Shown piece by piece: positions 8,825-17,048 of a DNA stretch of 64,000 bases. Positions within the stretch are counted from its first letter, which is position 1, and every line of letters starts with the position of its first letter. The DNA comes from Ignavibacteria bacterium (GTDB lineage Bacteria > Bacteroidota > Ignavibacteria > Kapaibacteriales > UBA961): the NCBI GenBank assembly GCA_016873735.1, contig VGWD01000011.1, forward strand, positions 51 to 64,050, in the 5' to 3' direction. A program made the position numbers and the translations under genes. The notes under the pieces are model-generated. The model was not told where the DNA came from. It did not search any database and saw only the letters and a list, made by a program, of their open reading frames with translations.

Positions 8825-9811
8825 TTATTTGAGTGAACCGATGATGACCGGCTTTTCGCTTGCACATGCCCGGATGATTTCATCCACATATTCGGGTGCA
8901 ACTGCGATGATCATACCGATACCGAGATTAAATGCCTTGCGCATTTCTTCATCAATGATGGAACCGGCTTGTTGAATGATCGAGAAAATCGGGGGGATGG
9001 TCCAGCTTGACCAATCGATATGCAATTCCAAACCTTCGGGTACAATGCGTTTTGTATTCCCTACAATGCCACCACCCGTGATATGTGACAAAGCTTTGAT
9101 ATTTCCTTTGTCAATCAAAGGAAGCAGAAGAGTTGCATAGGAGCGATGCACCGCAAGCAATGCCTCACTCAATGTTCCGCCGAGTTCATCAATATGTTGA
9201 TTCACATCATATTTCGGAAACAAAGCGGCTCTCGCGAGAGAATATCCATTCGTGTGCAAACCTGTTGAAGCCAATCCAATCAATATATCACCTTTGGCAA
9301 GCGTTTTATGCGGGAGGATTTTTGGTTTGTCCACCACGCCGACAATAGTGCCGGCCATGTCATATTCACCTTCTGCATACATCGAAGGCATTTCTGCAGT
9401 TTCGCCACCAATGAGCGCGCAACCATTTTGCTCGCATGCAAGTGCCAACCCTTTGATCACTTCAGTAGCAATATCCGGTTTCAATGCACCAGTTGCGAAA
9501 TAGTCTAAAAAGAAGAGTGGTTTTGCTCCACAGGCTAGAATATCATTCACGCAATGATTCACGAGATCTTGGCCTACAGTCCCATGAATACCGGTCGTGA
9601 ATGCAATCTTTAATTTTGTTCCAACACCATCCGTACTTGCCACGAGGACGGGATGTTCAAGTTCCGGAAATCGACCATCATATAATCCACCAAATAACCC
9701 GATATCAGTCAATACAGCCGGAGAAAAAGTTCGGCGAATATAGGGCTTGATTGCATCAACTGTTTTGTCTCCGGCTATAATGTTTACGCCGGAAGATGAA
9801 TAGGTCAACAT
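8825..9811 (-). CDS. purM: Phosphoribosylformylglycinamidine cyclo-ligase
   Basis: LTYSSSGVNI, STDGVGTK, PLFFLDY, GGETAEMP, GLHTNGYSL, HITGGG. Start moved to ATG 9811. Confidence 0.98.
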   Translation of the reverse strand: MLTYSSSGVNIIAGDKTVDAIKPYIRRTFSPAVLTDIGLFGGLYDGRFPELEHPVLVASTDGVGTKLKIAFTTGIHGTVGQDLVNHCVNDILACGAKPLFFLDYFATGALKPDIATEVIKGLALACEQNGCALIGGETAEMPSMYAEGEYDMAGTIVGVVDKPKILPHKTLAKGDILIGLASTGLHTNGYSLARAALFPKYDVNQHIDELGGTLSEALLAVHRSYATLLLPLIDKGNIKALSHITGGGIVGNTKRIVPEGLELHIDWSSWTIPPIFSIIQQAGSIIDEEMRKAFNLGIGMIIAVAPEYVDEIIRACASEKPVIIGSLK

Positions 9812-9831
9812 GGCAATGTATATGATTAGAT

Positions 9832-9869
9832 AAAAAAAAGGCAGGTACACGATTGCTGTGATACCTGCC
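9832..9869 (-). terminator. Intrinsic terminator downstream of rplS
   Basis: GGCAGGTA..TACCTGCC stem with an A8 run on + (U-tract on -). Confidence 0.8.
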
Positions 9870-9892
9870 GATAAAAAGTCTGGTATGTGGTA

Positions 9893-10276
9893 TCAGCTTG
9901 TTTTTTGACGAATCTTACGCTCACTCATGCCACGAAGATAATACAACTTGGCTCTGCGAACGCTACCACGCTTCACGACATCAATATTGGAAATGATAGG
10001 TGAGCACAGTGGGAAAATACGCTCAACACCTACACCATTGGAAATCTTGCGAACGCGGAAAGTTGCATTGATTCCTGAGCCACGGCGAGCAATGACGATA
10101 CCTTGGAAATTCTGAACGCGCTCTTTTTCACCTTCAATAACGCGAACAGCAATATTTACGGTATCACCGGGACGAAAATCAGGCATGATGAATGAGCCGG
10201 ATTCATTCTTTTGATTCCGAACTTCATGGGCGGCCTGCACATATTTTTGCTCAACGAGCTGGACCTTCAATGACAT
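9893..10276 (-). CDS. rplS: 50S ribosomal protein L19
   Basis: [44 protein letters not shown] upstream of ATG 10276. Confidence 0.99.
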   Translation of the reverse strand: MSLKVQLVEQKYVQAAHEVRNQKNESGSFIMPDFRPGDTVNIAVRVIEGEKERVQNFQGIVIARRGSGINATFRVRKISNGVGVERIFPLCSPIISNIDVVKRGSVRRAKLYYLRGMSERKIRQKTS

Positions 10277-10528
10277 TGTATTCTCCTTAACGCAGATTTC
10301 TTTCAATAGAGAACACTAATCTAAGGAAAAGTATTGTGTCGGCAAACAAGAAATTCGGCCTAAATCAGCCGAAATTCATGAAATCGTGGAAAAACTGGGG
10401 AAAATTACCCATAAATTTAATTCCACAGCTCATGATTCTGTGGTAATTTTGTGGACTTAAGCTATGTCAAACTGATGCTCTGCATCAGGTATTCGCCACC
10501 AATTTCAGACTTACTCAGGAGCTTCCCC

Positions 10529-11635
10529 ATGATTATCGGCGTTCCACGCGAAATCAAGCCGAATGAGAATCGCGTCGCACTCACTCCCGGCGGTGCAGAA
10601 TTATTGATCGCAAACAAACATGCAGTCATTATTGAAAAAGATGCCGGAGTCGGTAGCGGTTTTTCTGATGACATGTATATCAAAGCTGGTGCAAAAATCA
10701 TCCCGACCGCGGCAGAAGTCTATGGTCAGGCAGAGATGATCATGAAGGTGAAAGAGCCTATCGCACCGGAATATGGACTCATCAAAGAGAATCAAGTACT
10801 CTTCACATATTTCCATTTTGCCGCTTCCCGTGAACTCACAGAAGCAATGGTAAAAGCAAAAGCAATTTGTATTGCCTATGAAACAGTGATGAAGTCAGAC
10901 AATTCTCTTCCACTCCTTATTCCAATGAGTGAAGTTGCCGGAAGAATGGCTCCGCAAGAAGGAGCAAAATATCTTGAGCGTACCATGGGTGGTCGCGGTG
11001 TATTGCTCGGAGGTGTTCCCGGCACTGAGCCTGCGAATGTATTGGTACTCGGTGGTGGTATTGTTGGAACAAATGCAGCAAAGATTGCAGCAGGATTTGG
11101 TGCAAAAGTCACCATCATGGATAATAATCTGTATCGTCTACGCTATTTGGATGATGTGATGGCTAAGAATGTGATGACCGTGATGTCCACTCCGGACAAT
11201 ATTCGTCGTCATGCTCAGCAAGCCGATCTCGTGATTGGTGCAGTATTGATTGCAGGAGCAAAAGCTCCTCATTTGATTACTAAAGACATGCTCTCGACCA
11301 TGAAGCCGGGTGCTGTAGTGGTTGATGTTTCAGTTGATCAAGGTGGTTGCATCGAAACATGCAAACCAACGACGCATGAAAATCCGACCTATGTCGTGGA
11401 CGGCATCCTGCATTATTGCGTTGCCAATATGCCCGGCGCTGTTCCTTATACATCAACGATTGCTCTTACAAATGCAACTCTTCCTTATGCTGTGCAACTT
11501 GCAAACAAAGGATGGGAGAAAGCATGTTCAGATAATCACGAGTTGTACTATGGCGTGAATACTGTTAGCGGAACAATCGTTTATCAAGCGGTTGCAGAGG
11601 CCTTCGACATGCCGTATAGCGAACTGAAACTCTGA
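10529..11635 (+). CDS. ald: Alanine dehydrogenase
   Basis: MIIGVPREIK.NENRVALTP, MSEVAGR, DQGGCIET, HYCVANMPGAVP. CAGGAG SD before ATG 10529; TAATTTTG at 10444. Confidence 0.98.
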   Translation: MIIGVPREIKPNENRVALTPGGAELLIANKHAVIIEKDAGVGSGFSDDMYIKAGAKIIPTAAEVYGQAEMIMKVKEPIAPEYGLIKENQVLFTYFHFAASRELTEAMVKAKAICIAYETVMKSDNSLPLLIPMSEVAGRMAPQEGAKYLERTMGGRGVLLGGVPGTEPANVLVLGGGIVGTNAAKIAAGFGAKVTIMDNNLYRLRYLDDVMAKNVMTVMSTPDNIRRHAQQADLVIGAVLIAGAKAPHLITKDMLSTMKPGAVVVDVSVDQGGCIETCKPTTHENPTYVVDGILHYCVANMPGAVPYTSTIALTNATLPYAVQLANKGWEKACSDNHELYYGVNTVSGTIVYQAVAEAFDMPYSELKL

Positions 11636-11655
11636 AAGTGAATTATTCTTTCATG

Positions 11656-11688
11656 AAGGGTGTTTGCTCATGCATTCACCCTTTTTTT
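11656..11688 (+). terminator. Intrinsic terminator downstream of ald
   Basis: AAGGGTG...CACCCTT stem followed by T-tract. Confidence 0.75.
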
Positions 11689-11698
11689 ATCGGACATT

Positions 11699-13282
11699 AT
11701 GTCACTTTGTGCAATTCCATCAGCCCAAATCATTCCTGATGAAAGCATTTTCTCAGGATATGAATCATCGCATCCGTTGACGGTAAAGCATTTCAAAGAA
11801 ATGCAAGATGGTACCTATTGGTTTCAGCGTCTTTTGACTATTGAATCTTCATTCATGAGAAATGTGAATGAACGTTCTAAAAAAGTCATCGCGCATGTTC
11901 AGAAGGTAGAAGGCGAAAAAGAATTCGACATTGTCTATGGGGGCGGCGGACTTGCAATCATACATGCCGCTTTGATGGCAAAAGTGTATGGTTATTCGGT
12001 TTGTTTATTCGACAAATTCGGGGTGGGGATCACACATCGCGATTGGAATATCAGCTATCAGGAATTACTCGTTTTATGTGATTGCGGACTCTTCACCGAA
12101 GAACAATTGCAATCATTCATCACATGCACATATCGTAGTGGTTTTGTGAAATTCCATGATGCGAATTCTGCGATCAAGACTCCACATTTGTGGATGGACC
12201 ATGTACTCGATAATGCCCTTGATGCAAATGCACTACTTTCTGCCGCAAGAGACATTGTGCTTTCGCATGGTGGGACAATTCTCGATAATGCACACTTCGA
12301 ATCAATCATAGTTGATGGAAGAATGGCTCATGTAACAATCAAAGAACATGGCATTGAACGTATAATCAACACATCACTCTTTATTGATGGCATGGGTGCA
12401 TTTTCTCCGATTGCCAAATCACTGAATCCTAATGCGCCGTTCACACATTGCTGTCCGACAGTTGGTACGATTTCATCAGGTTTCAAAACAGGCACCGGAG
12501 AGCGAGAAGTTGATTTCAGTGTCGGCGAAATTCTCGTCACGAATGAAGACATGCTCCCCGATGGCAGACAACTCATTTGGGAAGGTTTTCCCAGCTCGAA
12601 TGATCGCTTTGTCACTTATCTCTTTTTCTATGATGCGATTGATTCCCCATCCGATAAATCACTTCTGAATTTATATGAATTGTTCTTCGAGAAACTTTCT
12701 TCATATAAAGAACCGGGCGAGCATTTTGATATCGGTAGACCGCTTTTCGGCATCATCCCTTCTTATTCACATAAGGGATTTGGTAATGCTCGTATTTCCG
12801 CTGATGACAATATTCTCTGCATTGGTGATGCAGCAGCACTCAGCTCACCGCTTTCCTATTGCGGATTCGGATCATTTGTTCGTAATCTTCCGCGCACGAC
12901 AAAAGCACTGCATCAAGCTATGCAGGCAAACAACCTCACGGCTGCATCACTCAAAACGATTAATGCATTTGAATCACGCGTTGCAATCATGTCTAATTTT
13001 GCAGCATTCCTTCAAGGCAAAAAGGGTCAACCCGCAAATACTGTGAATGAAACAATGAATCTCTTCATGGATGTGCTTGCTCATTTACCGAATCATATTG
13101 CTCAAGAAGTGTTTCGAGATACAATGCAATGGGAATCGTATAATATCATGATGAGCACGGTGCCGAAAAGACATCCAATGTCCTATAAGATGTTGATTCG
13201 CACGCATGGTATTTGGGGATTGCTCAGATGGGTTTTGAATTTTGTAGGATTCACCCTCAGTGAAAAAAGGCGGAAGTCTTAA
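11699..13282 (+). CDS. cruA: CruA/CruP-family FAD-dependent lycopene cyclase
   Basis: FDIVYGGGGL FAD-binding loop, RDWNIS..EL, DGMG.FSPI, CPTVG, RQLIWEGFP, GDAAALSSPLSYCGFGSFVRNL. Subfamily (CruA/CruB/CruP) uncertain. Confidence 0.8.
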   Translation: MSLCAIPSAQIIPDESIFSGYESSHPLTVKHFKEMQDGTYWFQRLLTIESSFMRNVNERSKKVIAHVQKVEGEKEFDIVYGGGGLAIIHAALMAKVYGYSVCLFDKFGVGITHRDWNISYQELLVLCDCGLFTEEQLQSFITCTYRSGFVKFHDANSAIKTPHLWMDHVLDNALDANALLSAARDIVLSHGGTILDNAHFESIIVDGRMAHVTIKEHGIERIINTSLFIDGMGAFSPIAKSLNPNAPFTHCCPTVGTISSGFKTGTGEREVDFSVGEILVTNEDMLPDGRQLIWEGFPSSNDRFVTYLFFYDAIDSPSDKSLLNLYELFFEKLSSYKEPGEHFDIGRPLFGIIPSYSHKGFGNARISADDNILCIGDAAALSSPLSYCGFGSFVRNLPRTTKALHQAMQANNLTAASLKTINAFESRVAIMSNFAAFLQGKKGQPANTVNETMNLFMDVLAHLPNHIAQEVFRDTMQWESYNIMMSTVPKRHPMSYKMLIRTHGIWGLLRWVLNFVGFTLSEKRRKS

Positions 13283-13650
13283 CGAAGAATCACTTGTGAA
13301 GCATGGACATAGGGCTCTTCGCCACCATGCACATGACCAAATACTGAAATCTCAATTCCTTCTTTCAAACTAGGCAATGGATCTTTGCCTGTATATTCCA
13401 CTTTGAAGATTGTACCTTGTTGATCTTTCGCATGAAAATGTCCTTCATGATGTTGATGTCCATCATTTTCAACAATGGTACAAACGGCATCAATTTTTAA
13501 TTTCTGTGCTTGCTCCACATCCGATGATTGTTCACTCATATTCATTGCAGTAGAAAAACTCACTGATTGCAAAGCACCGAATTGCATGGCATACCAAAAG
13601 GTGAATGGAAGAAGAAGTATCAATGCTATGAGAATAATGCGCTTTTGCAT
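13279..13650 (-). CDS. Membrane-anchored OB-fold protein, CcmE-like paralogue without heme-attachment motif
   Basis: N-terminal TM helix. FHAKD..GTIFKVEYTG..P...KEG..ISVFG...HASQVI parallels CcmE strands and ends before the K[H/C]xxxY motif. His-rich. Start moved to ATG 13650. Confidence 0.65.
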   Translation of the reverse strand: MQKRIILIALILLLPFTFWYAMQFGALQSVSFSTAMNMSEQSSDVEQAQKLKIDAVCTIVENDGHQHHEGHFHAKDQQGTIFKVEYTGKDPLPSLKEGIEISVFGHVHGGEEPYVHASQVILR

Positions 13651-13663
13651 AGGTGATCGTTGA

Positions 13664-14056
13664 TTATATACCGGATTTGCGTAGCTGTTCGGCATTGCCT
13701 TCATATTTTGAAGGACATTTCGTAAGGATTTCATATGCAATGAATTGTTGATCTTCAAAAAGACCTTTCACCACGATGCTTTCCGCGATATCGAAATTAT
13801 TCGGTCTTGCTCCCTGATACTCAACTTGTATTTCTTCACCTTTTTCATCCTTCATCGTGAAAGTAAAGAGATTCCGCCCTGCATCATAATTGGATCCTTT
13901 ATCACGAACCCATGTTCCCTTTACCTGCATTTTTTTCCCGGTCTCACGTGCAGCTTCAATCGTTCCATATGCAATTTTACTGGAATCTAATACGGTGATG
14001 CCGATGACTAAAAATGCCAAACTTATGATCATGCCGATGATATATCGCTTTTTCAT
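13664..14056 (-). CDS. ccmE: Cytochrome c maturation heme chaperone CcmE (Cys-type, CxxxY)
   Basis: TM anchor, V.Y.G.RP.NF, VVKG, and ILTKCPSKY. Confidence 0.93.
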   Translation of the reverse strand: MKKRYIIGMIISLAFLVIGITVLDSSKIAYGTIEAARETGKKMQVKGTWVRDKGSNYDAGRNLFTFTMKDEKGEEIQVEYQGARPNNFDIAESIVVKGLFEDQQFIAYEILTKCPSKYEGNAEQLRKSGI

Positions 14057-14067
14057 TTCAATTCCTT

Positions 14068-14199
14068 TTACTTGATATGTTGCTCAAGTTGTTTGACCGA
14101 ACCATCCAATCTATTGACATAGAATGCGAGCCCAAGCCAGATCACGAGGGCGATGATCAGAACAACATAAATGGCATTGTGTTCAAAAAATGACATCAT
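14068..14199 (-). CDS. ccmD: CcmD-family small membrane protein (43 aa, absent from ORF track)
   Basis: Own translation MMSFFEHNAIYVVLIIALVIWLGLAFYVNRLDGSVKQLEQHIK: one TM plus charged tail. ATGA overlap with the ccmC stop; lies between ccmC and ccmE. Confidence 0.85.
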   Translation of the reverse strand: MMSFFEHNAIYVVLIIALVIWLGLAFYVNRLDGSVKQLEQHIK

Positions 14200-15254
14200 A
14201 TACGCGATTCCTTATGAAGCATGCGAGATTGAAATTCTCTTCCTGCAAGACGAATCCGGGAAGCAAGATTAAGTAACCAGAAATACAGCATCGTGAATGA
14301 ACAAAATGCCATGCTGAGAATGATTTGCTTAAGAATATCGAGCGTACCGGCTTGCTGACTCAAGACCGGTCCTGCATTTGAATCATCAGCCGAGCCGGGA
14401 TGAAGTCCTCCATAAATGCGAGGCGCAACATAAATGAAAAACACTGCCGCAATCGCACCGATGATGGCATAGACCGAGGAGAGTCGTGCTCTTGTATGCT
14501 CTTGTTCGATTGCTGATCTCAAAATGAAATAAGCAGCATAAATCAATAATAGTACAAATATCGATGTCTCTCGAGGGTCCCAATTCCAGAATGAACCCCA
14601 ATTGAATTTAGCCCAGATCGCACCCGATACCGTTGCAAGTATGCAAAATACCGTGCCCAATGCGGCAGATGAAGATGCAATGATATCAAGTCGTGGTGAT
14701 GGATTTTTGAGATAGCGAATGGACATGATCATCGAGACGATATAAGCCAAAAATGCAATCCATGACATTGGAACATGGAAATACAAAATGCGTGCTCTCT
14801 CTTCAAGGCCAACGATATATGGTAGTGTAATGAAGGGGTCAATGTGAATGATGCTTGATAATCTCAATTCCGCATCGGAATTCCCACGCTTCATGTGTGC
14901 AATGATTGGTTTGCCATTACCCAATCCATCAAGCGAAGTTGCGGTCAATCGAAGCATGAACATTCGTTCTTTCCCTTGCACCGGTATAAGCCATTCACCT
15001 GTTGCTTGCTTCTCTGCTTTTGAAGCATCAATTGTACAAAGAACAGGTATGTCTTTTTGCAATCCCATGCGATGGACCAATGCGACATCTTCCGGTGTTC
15101 CGGCAATGCGTGGAAACAAAGCCAAGAAAACCATGCTTGACATCAATGTGATGAGTATGAGGCGCATCCATAATGGTCGTGGTTTGAGCAATCCGGGATA
15201 TACACCCCACAGGATGCCAAGTATGAAACCAATGGATAAAATGAGAGCTTTCAT
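14196..15254 (-). CDS. ccmC: Cytochrome c biogenesis protein CcmC with N-terminal extension
   Basis: RILYFHVPMSW, Trp-rich GAIWAKFNWGSFWNWDPRET, GLHP. About 140 extra N-terminal residues. Confidence 0.92.
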   Translation of the reverse strand: MKALILSIGFILGILWGVYPGLLKPRPLWMRLILITLMSSMVFLALFPRIAGTPEDVALVHRMGLQKDIPVLCTIDASKAEKQATGEWLIPVQGKERMFMLRLTATSLDGLGNGKPIIAHMKRGNSDAELRLSSIIHIDPFITLPYIVGLEERARILYFHVPMSWIAFLAYIVSMIMSIRYLKNPSPRLDIIASSSAALGTVFCILATVSGAIWAKFNWGSFWNWDPRETSIFVLLLIYAAYFILRSAIEQEHTRARLSSVYAIIGAIAAVFFIYVAPRIYGGLHPGSADDSNAGPVLSQQAGTLDILKQIILSMAFCSFTMLYFWLLNLASRIRLAGREFQSRMLHKESRI

Positions 15255-15306
15255 GCATTCAAATGTTTGTGAAGTCCAAATTTACTTTTTTGATGATATA
15301 TGACCA

Positions 15307-16014
15307 CTACTGTTTCCATGGATTGGAAGCCCAAACAGAAAATTCGGGGATCATGGCCCGATCATCTAGCTCTAAAATGGACTTGATCATATAGGCGATT
15401 TCCTGAGAACGAAGTTTATTGTCGGCAGCGATACGCTCAATTCGCTCTTCGGAATTGAAAGCAGTCGCAACTTCACTTGGATTCACCTGCATCACCCGAA
15501 TGGAATGTTTTCGAAGTTCATGTTGCCAACTTTCTGTCATGGCTCTAAGAGCAAATTTACTTGCAGCATAAATGCCACCACGCTCAAAACCTCGAAGCGA
15601 AGCTGTTGAACCGATATTTATGATTGTTCCGCTTTGTTGATTTATGAAGATTCCCGCGGCCTTTTGCGCCATCAATGCCGGTCCAAACACATTCGTGCGA
15701 AAAATTTGCTCATACTGATCCAATGTTGCATCAAGAAGAGTTGGAAAAGCTCCTAATCCCGCATTATTGATGAGTACATCGAGTCCGCCTGCATGGGCAA
15801 GAAATTCTTGATATGTTCTGTCTATGTCTTCAGATTTTGTGACATCGGCAACAATTGGAAATGCACCCGAATATGCAGCTGCTACGTTCAAACGACTTGC
15901 ATCTCTTCCCGTGATACCGACTTCAGCGCCTGCATCAACAAGGCATTTTGCTGTTTCTTTGCCAATGCCTAGTGAACCACCGGTGATGAGAATATTACTT
16001 CCTTGAAGTTTCAC
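15307..16014 (-). CDS. SDR family NAD(P)-dependent oxidoreductase
   Basis: TGGSLGIG, LINNAG, YAASK. GTG start overlapping the tsaD stop. Confidence 0.93.
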   Translation of the reverse strand: MKLQGSNILITGGSLGIGKETAKCLVDAGAEVGITGRDASRLNVAAAYSGAFPIVADVTKSEDIDRTYQEFLAHAGGLDVLINNAGLGAFPTLLDATLDQYEQIFRTNVFGPALMAQKAAGIFINQQSGTIINIGSTASLRGFERGGIYAASKFALRAMTESWQHELRKHSIRVMQVNPSEVATAFNSEERIERIAADNKLRSQEIAYMIKSILELDDRAMIPEFSVWASNPWKQ

Positions 16015-17048
16015 GATGATGTCCTTTCAGTTCGAATTGATCGTGGATTTACGGTGAATTGTAATGAATGAAATGCTTCCTCACCAAGATATTTCAATTT
16101 GAGTGATCCAAGGAAACCAATCATTGCAGCATTGTCCATGCAATAGGAAAGCTTTGGTAGAAACACATTGACAGGTCTTTTTAGTGATGCACCATGCAAT
16201 GCCTCGCGTAGACGAGAATTTGCGGAGACACCTCCTGCAACGATGATGTTCTTGATGCGATGTTCTTTGGATGCTCGAAGAAGTTTATGAATCAACACTT
16301 CAATGATGGCTTCCTGAACCGAAGCACAAATATCTCGCATGATGGATTGATCTGTGATGCCCTGTGGAAATTCTCTCTGGAGAAAATATCTCACTGATGT
16401 TTTTAGTCCTGAAAAACTAAAATCATAGTGTTGTTCATGCATCAATGCTCTCGGGAATACATATGCCCTCGGATTGCCCCCCTTGGCGAGTGCATCAATG
16501 CGGGGCCCGGCAGGATAACCAAGTCCAAGCATTTTACCAATTTTGTCGAATGCCTCTCCAGCAGCATCATCCTTTGTACTGCCAAGGATGATTTCATCAC
16601 CGAAAGATCTTACAAGAAATATGCTGGTATGCCCACCACTGACAATCAAGGCAATGAATGGGAAATCACATTCGGCATGCTCTATCATGCCGCTATAGAT
16701 ATGTCCTTCAATATGATGAACCGGAATCACAGGAATTTCCAATTTCAATCCGAGTCCTTTTGCAAATGATGAACCGACAAGTAATGCACCGGCGAGTCCC
16801 GGCTGTGTGGTCACGGCAATCGAAGTGAGATCATGATATTCTTTTCCGGATTCGTTCATAGCTTTATCCACTATAAGCGAGATCGCTTGCAAATGGGCTC
16901 TGGATGCTAGTTCCGGAATCACGCCACCATATTGTTCATGAATTGTTTGTGATGAAATCACATTGCTGAGTACTGCACCATTATGAATGATGGCTGCCGA
17001 TGTTTCATCGCATGAACTTTCTATTGCAAGTATGATACGATCCATCAT
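16011..17048 (-). CDS. tsaD: tRNA N6-adenosine threonylcarbamoyltransferase
   Basis: IESSCDETS, GGVIPELASRAH, HHIEGH, VSGGHT, DDAAGEAFDK, FSFSGLKT, DNAAMIG. Confidence 0.98.
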   Translation of the reverse strand: MMDRIILAIESSCDETSAAIIHNGAVLSNVISSQTIHEQYGGVIPELASRAHLQAISLIVDKAMNESGKEYHDLTSIAVTTQPGLAGALLVGSSFAKGLGLKLEIPVIPVHHIEGHIYSGMIEHAECDFPFIALIVSGGHTSIFLVRSFGDEIILGSTKDDAAGEAFDKIGKMLGLGYPAGPRIDALAKGGNPRAYVFPRALMHEQHYDFSFSGLKTSVRYFLQREFPQGITDQSIMRDICASVQEAIIEVLIHKLLRASKEHRIKNIIVAGGVSANSRLREALHGASLKRPVNVFLPKLSYCMDNAAMIGFLGSLKLKYLGEEAFHSLQFTVNPRSIRTERTSS

